A DNA stretch of 64,000 bases from Aplysia californica (taxonomy: Eukaryota). The notes under the pieces are model-generated. The model saw only the letters and a program-made list of their open reading frames with translations. It had not been told where the DNA came from and did no database searches. The DNA lies in assembly GCF_000002075.1 (NCBI RefSeq), contig NW_004797825.1, positions 193,400 to 257,399 of the forward strand, in the 5' to 3' direction. Shown piece by piece: positions 1 through 11,500 of the stretch. The position numbers and the translations under genes are program-made. Every line of letters starts with the position of its first letter. Within the stretch, counting starts at the first letter, position 1.

Positions 1-53
<53 letters not shown>

Positions 54-54
54 T
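1..54. repeat. (TAG)n microsatellite
   Basis: Perfect TAG trinucleotide run from the window start. Confidence 0.95.
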
Positions 55-153
55 TATTTAGATTGTCGTCGTGCTTTTAGCAAAGAATAATTCGTTCACA
101 AGGCATTCAATTAACATTACAGTACTTTTAGAAGTGAATAAAACTGTGTTTGA

Positions 154-308
154 GCTCGCAACTGCATAAGGTCATTTGAGCGCCAGAAGATTAGAGGTGT
201 TACAAGAGAGTAATCAAACATTAAAAAGAAGAAGGGGAGATAAAGACACTATATGTTTCATAGGAAAGAAGAAGCAAACCACACCAGAGCACCCGCCAAC
301 CACATACA
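154..308 (-). mobile_element. ~180-bp headless SINE-like/LINE-3'-end repeat, family H, copy 1
   Basis: Near-identical to 4103-4258 (gctcgcaactgcataaggtca...aaaccacaccagagcacccgccaacca) and to the reverse complement of the copies at 556, 58578, 59468 and 60012. Confidence 0.8.
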
Positions 309-555
309 TGAAAATGTGTAAAGTATTCTTTACGAAATCATTTAAAAAATCAATTAGTATGAGTGGAATTGAGGATGAAGGATCATATTGATAAGATAAA
401 ACATGTAGACCTTATTTAACACCTACTCTAAAACAGAAACGTTATATAAGAGACTGATGAGTTTGACGTCCACCATAGATTAAAAAAACTCGAGTTAAGT
501 GGGTTTAGGATCGAGAAAGCTCACCATACAACTTATACAAGTAATTATGCCCGTA

Positions 556-748
556 ACGGGTGGTTGGTATAGGTGCTCTTCTGGCATGGTTTTTTATTTC
601 CAATCAAACATCTGTCGCTCCTTTCTCTCCTCCGTATTTTCTTTGTATGTTACTCTCTATAGCGGCACCATAATCTTCATCACCTAAGCCTTTATGAATA
701 ATTTGTGTTGTAAGTGCCGTAAAACTCTTACTAAAACTAAAACTAAAC
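556..748 (+). mobile_element. family H repeat, copy 2, with (CTAAAA)n tail
   Basis: gggtggttgg...gtgccgtaaaactcttactaaaactaaaactaaac; diverged copy of the 58578 and 59468 elements. Confidence 0.7.
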
Positions 749-1599
749 ATTCCATAGCTGAGGGATACGTACTATATAGCTTCTTCCACACGCAATTCAG
801 GAAGAGGCCAACTATAATAAGCTATTAGGACACCATCAGATAAAAACACAACGAAATGGCATTGAAAAGGACGAAAACAAGCTCAAAGCAATACAAGCCT
901 ACTGTCACCAAAAAAAAAAAAAAAATGATTCGTGTAATTAGAAGCCTCTCTTCTTTCCGCTTTCCTTTTCTTCTTTAACACTTTCAGAACTGAAGCATTT
1001 CTATTTATGTTCGTACAGACAATATATATATAGATTGAATGCTCATTCAAGAGATGTTTAAACAAAACCATGTTATATTTTCCTTTATTAAGCATACGCA
1101 ATTGCATAAGTTCAACAGGCTACATCTTTAAAAAATATTGTCCTCTGTCAACCAGTAGGGGAAAAATGGCAATGGACTCGTTTCATAAAACACAAAAGAA
1201 CATAAAATTATACGTCTGCACAGCAGTGAAGCAGTTGATAAAAGTAACCCCAAACAACACCTGACTGACTATAATATAGTCTTATCACTGTTTCTGTCAG
1301 ATATGCACAGCCTCTCCTCATCAAACGAACATTTTTTTTAAAAAGCACCCTATAGCGTTACTGATTTCTGAGTACTCGGCATTCTTCTCCTAATGATGAA
1401 ATCATTGCGAAACACTAGACAAACGGGATGTCAACGCCCTACTCGTCGAAATGGATTGGCTCCTTGATTGCATGTTATCACAATTAGAATTGCTGTATCA
1501 GTTTATATTGAGACAGACAGATAGCAAGATCAGGGATAACACTTTAATGCTATCTCCCGGGAAAATGTTAAAAAAAATAAAAATGCTGCCAGCATTGGC

Positions 1600-1790
1600 C
1601 ATGTTGTTGGTTTGATGCCCCTCTCAACACTGCAAGGTTATTTGAGATACGGGACCTCCGATTGGACCAAGCCACATGGGTGGATAGACCTAAAAAACAA
1701 ACAAACAGAAAGTTCACCATCCCCCTGGAGGATTCGAACCAGGACCGCCCGCTCGTAGTTCAGCATGATACCAACTGAGCACAAAAACCA
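1600..1790 (-). mobile_element. tRNA-derived SINE, family B, copy 1
   Basis: Minus strand reads A-box gctcagttggt and B-box ggttcgaatcc, then gaggtcccgtatctc; homologous to 13790-14000. Confidence 0.7.
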
Positions 1791-2455
1791 TTGGAGAGGG
1801 AAGGCTGGAAGGACGAGGATAGGAAAGCCCAGATGATGACAGTGAGACATCTTTTATGGCATGCTTTGGTAGGTGTGGTAGTGGTTTTAAAGCCCGTTTC
1901 AACACCGGAAGGGATTATGAATTTCATCTTTATCCCCCCCCAAAAAAAACAACAACCCAACAACAACAACAAAAAGGAACAATAGCCCACACCCCCTCCA
2001 CCCCAAAAAACCCCCAANNNNNNNNNNNNNNNNNNNNNNNNNNNNNNNNNNNNNNNNNNNNNNNNNNNNNNNNNNNNNNNNNNNNNNNNNNNNNNNNNNN
2101 NNNNNNNNNNNNNNNNNNNNNNNNNNNNNNNNNNNNNNNNNNNNNNNNAAAAAACACCAAAAAAAACAACCCCCCCAAAAAAAAACAACAACACAAAATC
2201 AAACATGATAAAAATGTAAAGAAGATGTGCATGTATCAGGTTCACCAGCTCCCCAGCCCAGTACGATTCGATCGATAAAATAATGTGTTTCAGTTAGACC
2301 TATAGGTTGGGAGACTATCTACATCAAGATAGCAAGGGGCGTTGACGAACCGGAACTCAAAGACACAGGGAGATAATGACAATGACGTTGGTAAACTCGT
2401 GTGATTTCTTAATCAGATATTCCATCACAATGGCAAATGGTATCTTTTAGGGCAT

Positions 2456-2458
<3 letters not shown>

Positions 2459-2503
<45 letters not shown>
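2459..2503. repeat. (CT)n microsatellite
   Basis: Direct reading. Confidence 0.95.
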
Positions 2504-2507
<4 letters not shown>

Positions 2508-3393
2508 GTGTGATGTTTTTTATCTTCGCTGTAACAGTTTAACGTTTAGTATAATACGGAGCACCAGTTCATCAGACTCACATCACTCAGTTGTTTACAG
2601 TCATAACACATTTAAATATCTACTAAATCTATTTTTTTAATCAACTTATTTATAACTAAACTGTATGTTTACTGCTTGTGTAATTAATTTCTACTCTGTT
2701 TGGTATTTCATTTGTGGAAATGGGGTTAAACAGGAGTGGAGTTGTAGGGATGTCTGTGGTGCTGAAAACTTGAATGGTTAAAATGATTGGCTGCGTATGA
2801 GCGTCAAGGGGTGGATGTCAACAGAGAAGTCCTTACAGGGAAATCAGACTTACTCTGCTCACTTCTCTTGCTTCAACTGCACAAAGTCTGCTTCGACTAT
2901 CAAGGCACCCTGGAAATAGCGGGTCACAAAAGTGTGATAAACATACAAAAGAAGTAGAGGGAAAATGACGATAGTAAGGATTAGGAAAGAAAAAGCAGCA
3001 GTTCCCTGTTGCAGTTCCGACACAGTTATGAGCATGACATTGATGAATCAGCCCATTTACAATTCTACTGTGCATAAAAACAGGTTAATGTCTCCCCTTT
3101 GGGAATGGCCTAAAGACACTTCAGTCAGTAGCACCGCCCCGGGGGGTTGGGGGGTGGGGGGTATGGCCAGGAACAAAGGAGGAACATAGTTACACCCAAG
3201 CTTTAAAAAAAATCTTCCAAGACTCAAATTGGGATGTGTCGGAGCGAAGAATTATTTCGAATCTGGTCACAGAAAGTCCAGTTTATTTGGATAGCATTAC
3301 ATACACAGTTGAAGAGGAAAGGTGTACTACAGTCAATTTCTGTAAAATGTAACATGGCTAAAAGACAACTTATAAACCTAAACAACCCCTTAC

Positions 3394-3693
3394 CTCTTCG
3401 TCCAGAGGAGGATCTTTGCTCTTAGAATCTCTCGAGCTCGAGCGTTCCGCATCGTTGAAAGACACAGTTTTTTTCTTGCGCAATGGAGCTGTTTTGGCTT
3501 CTCCGTTTGGAGGAGATAAAAAGTTTGTAGCACCACCTTCATCATTGTTTTCTCCATTGTCTCCCGTTCTTACGACAGAATGTTCTTTTTCATTGTCCGA
3601 AGAAGGTTCCTCGTTTGTTGTAGGAGGGTCGGCGGAGCTGCTGTCCGTGGTGGCGTCGCCCAAGGACACGATCAACTCGTTCACGTCCGCCAT
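3394..3693 (-). CDS. probable first coding exon (100 codons) of an unidentified gene; acidic, low-complexity N-terminus with an RVxF-like motif (RKKKTVSF)
   Basis: ATG in good context (gcATGG), GC-rich open frame, ending exactly at a consensus donor GAG|GTAAGG (phase 0). A candidate second exon lies at 2909-2863 (ttccag|GGTGCC...AA|gtgagc; GALIVEADFVQLKQE). Family not recognised. Confidence 0.55.
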
Positions 3694-4076
3694 GCTAGTT
3701 GGTGACGGTGAAGCTTATCCAGACGGCTACGGCAGCCAGCAGGTGCCGTCAGGGATAACATTCCATTATACAATATTCAACAGGCGGAGAAATCAGTGGA
3801 TGTAGGGGGGAAATCTCTTGGCGTACTGTTCGGACGCTATTTATGCGTGCACTGTCAGAAAAGGTGATAGCTCTGTCGTCATAACAGGGACCAGTGCCCG
3901 ACGATAGTACTTGACCTACACTTCTTCACCGCTTCCTGATTGACACCAACCGTTTATCAATTACGGTGCAATAGCCTACTATTATATAAATTCTGACTGG
4001 TTGGGTTCAATCACACTGTTAGATCACATCTCCACACAGCCTGGGGAAGATAACAGACACAATGTCAGCTGGAGAT

Positions 4077-4258
4077 GTTTTGGTTTTAGTAGAGGTTTTG
4101 CAGCGCTCGCAACTGCATAAGGTCATATGAGCGCCAGAAGATCAGAGGTGTTACAAGAGAGTAACAAACATAAAAAAAGAAGGAGGGGAGATAAGGACGA
4201 TAGATGTTTGATAGAAAAGAAGAAGCAAACCACACCAGAGCACCCGCCAACCACCCAC
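4077..4258 (-). mobile_element. family H repeat, copy 3
   Basis: Matches 154-308; tail gttttggttttagt on the + strand. Confidence 0.8.
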
Positions 4259-5562
4259 GTCGGCAGGAGAAGACACATCAAAATACATGTACAATTAATC
4301 ATAATGCATAATGTATTTCATGTGCAGCCAATGAAAGAGAAAAAGTTGTACATCTACAGAGACATGAGTTTAACAAGACAGCAGGTCATATCTTAAATTT
4401 GGTTGGTAGCAACCTCTACAGTAACCGTTAAGTCAGTGGTTGTTCTACGTAAAGGTTAAACGCCTTTTTCATCACTTCATCATACACTTAATAATTATTA
4501 TGTCTAAAACCAAAATACCTTTCACACAAAATGAGGCACAATTTGCAGAACTCTGGGGTGCCTAACAAACAAAAAAACGACATAAAAAGTCCTTCATTGC
4601 TCCCAACGGTCGGGAAACAAGAGGCCGGAGAGTGAATACCACCTTGCTTACAACCACACCACAGTTCACTCAAATAAAGACACACGTGGCTTCAAGGCTG
4701 ACGGACGCCAGCAGAGGGGGATCGACATGGTACGATGGCGTCAACAAGACATCTCACGTCTTTCAATTTACGTAGGAATACAAAGATAGATAGATTTAAT
4801 CATCACCCCCNNNNNNNNNNNNNNNNNNNNNNNNNNNNNNNNNNNNNNNNNNNNNNNNNNNNNNNNNNNNNNNNNNNNNNNNNNNNNNNNNNNNNNNNNN
4901 NNNNNNNNNNCCGCCCCAATTGTATACTACAGGCCTAGACTACCATACTAAACTTTAAAGTCGATTGGTACCTATCCATTTGACAGCTTACTGGGTTGAT
5001 GTGTGCTCTACCGTGAGGTACGCCCGACTGACTATTTATATTTAATAAAATATTATGCATTCTGCCCTAAGGCTTTTGGACAGTAATTCTACATCTACCA
5101 CCATCCATCACTCCTACACCATAATGCACTTCTTTCAAGAGCCCCCCCCCCCTCCTCCCCGCTCGACAAACTAGCCAAAACATTTACAATCCTTCTCAGA
5201 AAAGAAAAAAACAACATCACTTTTGAAATTGGCCTTTGATAGTCCCAAACTCGTATAAACATAGAGGTAAATGTTTAGTAAATTGAAGTCGTCAAGTAAA
5301 ACAATTGTCCGTCTGGTCCAGAGGTAGACCGAAACGTAGAATAGAGACAACGCGGTAGACCGTCAAGTGGGGTGGGCAGGAACCTATCATTCGCTATCAC
5401 CTGTAATCCACAGACACCAATCTTGTTGAAAGTACTGGTAAAATATAATAATTAAGTTTAAAATACAGACAATTTTCCTAAACTCTTATTTATCTGTAAG
5501 ATGTTTCTAGGTAGGGACCAAGCCAGTGCACTGCTTTGCACACAGGCTTGTAATACCCACGC

Positions 5563-6770
5563 ATACAGCATAGATAATATACTAATTTAAAACAAAATAA
5601 AAACTGCATCCTCTGACACATTAATATTTCGTCCACGATAAGAGTCCCCCGCGCTGTGGTAGGCTACCTCAAAATTAACCTTAAAAATCAGACTAGGCAA
5701 AATTATGGGAAATCAAAGAAACTTAAAAGTGTGTTTGCGCGTGTATTGGGGTGCATGGACATTAGCGGAATGTTCGAGTTTTGCATATCAATAAATGGAG
5801 AATTTTGTCTCTGCAATAAACAATATTTAATTTCTTTTTATTGCAATAGCTTCACACAGATCGGAAAACAGATCAGTCACAAATACCACGGAAAACTTGG
5901 ACTTGACATTAAATGTGCTAATTAAATTGGTCTTTTTTAAAGTAGCCACTGGTTCATGTAGAGCACGAACCCCTTTGGGAAAGGACAGTGTTAAAATTTT
6001 GACATAATAATTATCTGTCGTTTCATCCCGTATGTCACAGCCAGTTGCAAACAATTAAGCCCATGAATGGAGCAAGGACGCTTTCCTTAAGCAGCTGTTT
6101 AATGGGACTCCACAAAAATCTGTTGGATTCATATCAGGGGTAATTACTGGTGACCACTCCATCGTTGGCGTGATTTGATTTTCCAAGAAATCGCCTGGTG
6201 GCGTTGGCCCTGTGAGAAGATGATTAGTCAGGCAGACTTAAATGACACCATAATGAAATTATGAAGGTAAGACGTAACGTCCCAGCACTTATGGGCACCA
6301 TAGTCCTCTGAACGAAGCCTTCTGTTGATTCTCACAAGTGGGGTTTGGTTTATTCCACCTAGACCACCCCAACCCATGGCAAGTGTGTGGCCTCTGTTCC
6401 TCTCTGACAGGCAATTAAGTCCAAGTTTAGAGTGGTATTGTGACAGCTCTGTTTCCCAATCAGTTCGACAAACTATCATTATAAGATATTGTTCATAGCA
6501 GAGGCAATAATATTCTCCATTCCTTTGATATTCAATATATGTCCATTCCACCAATATTGATACACTCCAATACATACAGTATATAATACAATATATATAT
6601 ACTAAAGGGCCTACTTTTAAGTTTCTTTGATTTCATACAATTTTGCAAAGTCCGATTTTTCAGGTTTAGTGTTGAGTAACCATATCTCGGGCGACTCTTA
6701 TCGTAAATAAAATACTAAAAATATGTCTGTTCATGTAAAATTTATTTACCTCTAAATTCCTATGCTGCAT
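5563..6770. mobile_element. foldback-like element with ~350-bp diverged inverted arms (about 5563-5905 and 6412-6770)
   Basis: Collinear inverted anchors: acgataagagtc / gactcttatcgt, aaatcaaagaaacttaaaagt / acttttaagtttctttgattt, aaacttggactt / aagtccaagttt. Confidence 0.7.
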
Positions 6771-8320
6771 AAATAGGTAGATCTAGTACAAGGCTTTATT
6801 TACACAATGATAGGGTGAATACATTTTCAAGTTTCTTTTGGACGCCGATNNNNNNNNNNNNNNNNNNNNNNNNNNNNNNNNNNNNNNNNNNNNNNNNNNN
6901 NNNNNNNNNNNNNNNNNNNNNNNNNNNNNNNNNNNNNNNNNNNNNNNNNNNNNNNNNNNNNNNNNNNNNNNNNNNNNNNNNNNNNNNNNNNNNNNNNNNN
7001 NNNNNNNNNNNNNNNNNNNNNNNNNNNNNNNNNNNNNNNNNNNNNNNNNNNNNNNNNNNNNNNNNNNNNNNNNNNNNNNNNNNNNNNNNNNNNNNNNNNN
7101 NNNNNNNNNNAGGGCGGGCATTGGAAAAAAAACGGTGTTTTGAAGCGGGGGGCTAATAAATGGTGGAGGGGGAAATCTGTTTGAGTAGAACCAAAGATAT
7201 CGCCGTTTCGAGAAAAGAAAACATGCAACGGCGAGAGAAGAGGACGAAGAGAAGGGGGCGAGGGGGCGGGGTGGTGGTAAAAAAGCAACAGCAGCATCCA
7301 CAGCAAAGAAAAAGACAATGCACGGTGCCAAGGATATAACGGGCTTAAAGGCACAAGTAAAACAACTGAGAATCATAATATATCGAAGACTGCAAACACT
7401 GCGTGGTAGCAATGTCAACCTTGGGGAGACAAAACAGAGTTCTCCTTGAAACACTAGTAAAGGACACAACAGTCTTCAAAGACAACGGTCACACACACAC
7501 ACCTACATGATGTGTCCATACAATGCATTAACCCTCGGCCCACTTCGTGTTCCTAAAAGGGAACAGGGGTCCTTTAACACCTTTATGACTTCGGACATAA
7601 AGTGTCGAACTGACAGTGTGTTGCTTCTTTTGTGCCCTGACTATGTCATAACGCGCGACGTAAGCTCTCGCGAACAAGAGTACCGCAGATACTTCCATTC
7701 GATGGCAAGTAACGTAAAAAAAGAAAAAAAAGAAAAGAAAAGAGCAGCCACAAAAGTACGATTGTTCATGCGTGTCCACCACCTTGAACTGAACGGGCGC
7801 GCCTCTAGAGAGATGGGAAGACAAACGAGTCGGAACGGAAAGCGGTGTCAAACGTGGGTCACTGGCAGTGTTGTCCGCAAAGTAATGGCATAATGTTATA
7901 CAATGCCTCTAATCAGCCTGAATTAAGGGTTGAACACAGTTCTCACTAACGTTTCACTTTCTCAAATATAATAACTTTTAGTGGGACGGGTGCCGCAGTC
8001 GTGTTTATTTTAGAACGGGGTAATTCACCAACACCGCTTTAATACATGTAGCATATGACGTTGGGGGGCCTATAAATTTATAAACTCATTGCCTCTATCC
8101 AACAGTTCCGTGAGCTGTACCTTCACATTGTACATTGTAAAGGTTTACTAATGTCCCTTTTAACACCGTAAGGTTATTTAAGAGGCCGAGTGTGTTTACC
8201 AGTAGGCTTTTCAGTGAAACATTATGACTTCGTACGGCTGTGTGTCTTGAAATATTATAACCAGCAACATGAACTAACACACATACACGTTAAGTCACCG
8301 TCGCATTCGTTGTTCTCCGA

Positions 8321-8325
8321 CCCCC

Positions 8326-8404
<79 letters not shown>
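8321..8404. repeat. poly-C plus (CT)n microsatellite
   Basis: Direct reading. Confidence 0.95.
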
Positions 8405-8407
<3 letters not shown>

Positions 8408-8906
8408 GTTTTTGCAACACGTACTGCACGGTATATTGGGCCTATACTACAATAAGTTATTAGCTCTGTTGTGTATTACGAACGAAACATATTATAATTA
8501 TCAGCGGTTCTTTTAAAGGACGGGAAAACACAAAGAAAATATTTATACCGGGGGACGGGGGATCTATTGGGTAATTAGTAATTATTACCACTATCATTAT
8601 CATCATTAAGCTGTAAAAAAAAAGTACGACCGAGACGCTTGTAATTTGGATTTTTAAAAAAAATCGTTTAAAAATACTCTCGCTCAATGTTTCATCCACT
8701 GGGCTTCAACAGGAAATGATCAAAATAAACCGGGGGAAATATTAGGATAATATTAAAGTAAGTAAACAAACAAACAAACAAACAAACACCCCGAGCATCA
8801 TTAAAGAAGGAGCAAGTTTCAATCAAGTCAGCGACCAGGCAGGATCATCATCATTGCCATTATCATCTATTATACTTTCTTACTTTCTATCATTCTTTTT
8901 TCTGTC

Positions 8907-8960
8907 TTTCTTCTTCTTCTTCTTCTTCTTCTTCTTCTTCTTCTTCTTCTTCTTCTTCTT
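8907..8960. repeat. (TTC)n microsatellite
   Basis: Direct reading. Confidence 0.95.
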
Positions 8961-9572
8961 GCCAGTATTATCAATAACATTTTCGTTCTTGCAGTGTTGT
9001 TGCTGCTATCGTCTTTGCTCATATAGTACACGCAGCATTATGATAATAAGATGCTATTTCCCACACCCCCAAGTTAGGAGATGAAGTGATGAATGAACAT
9101 GTAATAGGCCTCCTTATAAAGAATATGGAGTAAGACGAGGAATAATTAATCGATACAATTCGAAGAGAGCGAAGGTTCATCAAACAAGGCTACCACTTAC
9201 AAAAAGGTAGGCTACAACAACGTACATGTTTTATTGCATAGGCCGACAATTAACCCCCCTTCATAAAATTTCAAAAGTTTTTTTCTCTTGCTCACTTAAA
9301 AAAAGAAAGAAAGAAAAAAGGGCTCAAGGGTTAGAAGCCACACTCCGGACTGAAGTGTTGAGCTTGGACTATGTTAAGATTGCACGGTGACCACAATCAC
9401 ACGTCTTTGGCCCAATAAGACGTTTTATAGTGTGCTTTTCGTTTGCTCCTCCTGCATCGTTAAGAACATGTAGAATCTACACTTCACTTCAAACACTGCC
9501 TTAACAACTGGTTTTTCAAAGTAAACCTATGTACACATGACTTTTAGCAAAGAAAGCATAACATTGACTTAC

Positions 9573-9965
9573 TTTATTCTCAGAATCATTTCCTTTGTTT
9601 CAAACAGTCCAACAGAAAAGCAAGCACAAAACGAAGTCCGCTTCTGCCGCTCGGGCCCACACTTAACCACACTGTGATCCGTCAGGGGGGCGTATTCCCG
9701 TGATTGATGAATGAGGTCAAACAAGAATCCTATTTCACGTTGTTGTCGGTATGACCAAAAAAAAATTGCAATGGTACAAACATCTAGGAAAAGTAAAACT
9801 TAAGTCATGAAATAAATATACCTAAACAACTAAAGTACTTTGGGGGCGTTTCAACTGTTCCCCAAGACTAAACCAGGAACTATCATAACACGGTTTGTTT
9901 CTTCGACACCATATTTGTGTCGACTTTTTAACACAACACATAAACACACTAAAGCAAGATGGCCA
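9573..9965. promoter_or_regulatory. RRP15 promoter region, possibly bidirectional
   Basis: CpG-richer segment just upstream of the RRP15 ATG; YY1-like AAGATGGCC overlaps the start codon; a minus-strand donor (AAA|GTAAGTC at 9573/9572) suggests a divergent 5' exon. Confidence 0.4.
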
Positions 9966-10019
9966 AGAATAAGACACCGGTTCACGTGGAGGAGGGTGTC
10001 GAATCAGATGAAATGGAAG
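9959..10019 (+). CDS. RRP15: RRP15 (ribosomal RNA-processing protein 15) exon 1, MAKNKTPVHVEEGVESDEME
   Basis: aagATGG start; AAG|GTAGGG donor in phase 1, matching the phase of exon 2 (G+AT=Asp); acidic N-terminus typical of RRP15. Confidence 0.75.
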
Positions 10020-10159
10020 GTAGGGCATTCCATGTTCAATAAAAGTGTTTCTTGGGTTTTAAAAAGTCAATTTTAGTGTATAGCTCTCTGATTGATAGAT
10101 CTATTACTTGGCAGAAGGTGTCTCTTTGGGTCTTGTCATATACTCTAGTGTACTAATTA

Positions 10160-10292
10160 TACTAGTAGTCTACTAGATCTAGATCTAGATTCTAGATCTA
10201 GATGTCTAGACTAGATCCATATATCTAGATCTATAATATAATCTAGATTCTAGATCTAGATTCTAGATCTATATCTAGATCTAATAATAGTC
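10160..10292. repeat. degenerate (TCTAGA/TAGATC)n palindromic array
   Basis: ctagatctagatctagattctagatctaga...; similar arrays at 36530-36580 and 45246-45345. Confidence 0.85.
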
Positions 10293-10431
10293 TAATTTGG
10301 TATTGACATGCACACATCTTTTTTTTCTGAGTATGAATCTATGCAGCGCTTGTTTCTAAAACTCTGTACAGAAGAATTAAGAGCCAGATTGTTAGTGTGA
10401 TGTACATGTAACATCATATAGAATCTAGACA

Positions 10432-11350
10432 ACGGCCACCTCTATTCTCACCCGGAGTGAGAATAGTGCAGGCGAGTTTTGTGGCTATTCTCACCCGGTG
10501 CGCGTTCACCAAATTTTGCGTTCACCCTAAACCACAGAATTCTACACTGTGATAACAGAAAAATTATAGAATTCTGGGTATTTTTTTACTTTCCCTCCCG
10601 TCTCACACTCAGCTACCAGATGCCTATTTTCTACTAAATATTGATGCGCTGAACACGAATATCAACTTCATTTCCGTCGCAAATTAATAGTTTTTGAAAT
10701 ATTTGATTGTTTTTAACCGAGATAGACATGCTTTGGACCAATCGGGGGGTTCCAGGGGGGCTTGCCCCACTGGGGTAAAAGAAAATCTGGGGGGTTACAG
10801 GGGGGCATGCCCCCCTGTTTTTACCCATAATTTGATATTTTACAGTTAGATTTGAAATTGTCTTGAAAATAATTGATTTGCGACAGTTTTAGCACGGCTT
10901 TATGTGTGATCTGCAGCAAACAGTACAGCAGTTTGACCCCTGAAACAGTGCACTGTGTGCGGGAGTGAAAGTAAAAATTTACCGAATTCTGTGCCGTGAA
11001 CAAACGTTCCATTACAACTGTAGCCTACTAAACTAAAAGCGTACAATTTTGTCTGTGGGCAGTGGAGAGAGAGAGAGAAAGAGAGAGAGGAGTAGCGCGA
11101 GAATTTCCGGGCAAAACAAAATGGCGACCCGCGTAGTTCGGCTCGATTCGAAAAGTTAAATAGCCGTAGCATCTTTGTAGACAACCAAATTAATTTACTT
11201 TTGGGTTTTAACATCATTTTTTAACTTTGTTTTGGTCAATTTGATCGTCCACACCGATAGACAGTATTCAGAAAGAGACAGAGAGAGAGAGAGAAGAGGG
11301 GAGGAGTTGCGAGAACTTTCGGGCGGGGGAGAATAGCCACTTTCATAGAC
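10432..11350 (+). mobile_element. non-autonomous hairpin-ended DNA element, family P (Helentron/HINE-like?), with an internal insertion
   Basis: Left end acggccacctctattctcacccggagtgagaatag, internal (GA)n, right end gagaatagccactttcatagaca; homologous to the copies at 42560, 44404 and 45815. Confidence 0.65.
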
Positions 11351-11500
11351 AACCAGGAGCGGCAAATTTTGCCTAGCCTACTTCTGTGATGTACATGGTT
11401 CGGCACAGCGCTGAAAATTATGCATTTTCACGACATTCCAGGTACGTCATTTTATAAAAGGCAATGAAGGGGTTAAACATTTTTGGTTTGATAAGAGTTT

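Noticed and set aside
1720-1790. tRNA-like sequence with A and B boxes (also at about 11865-11937)
   Set aside because: No intact acceptor stem or cloverleaf, and attached to repeated SINE bodies; SINE heads rather than tRNA genes.
3416-3805. 129-aa + strand ORF
   Set aside because: Antisense shadow of the minus-strand exon at 3693-3394.
7111-7330. Purine/GC-rich stretch resembling coding sequence
   Set aside because: Adjacent to a gap, low complexity, and without splice or protein support; possibly a low-quality read end.
8190-9084. ORFs with SLSLSL or poly-F (likewise YIYIYI at 30437-30635 and HTHTHT at 55370)
   Set aside because: Translations of microsatellites.
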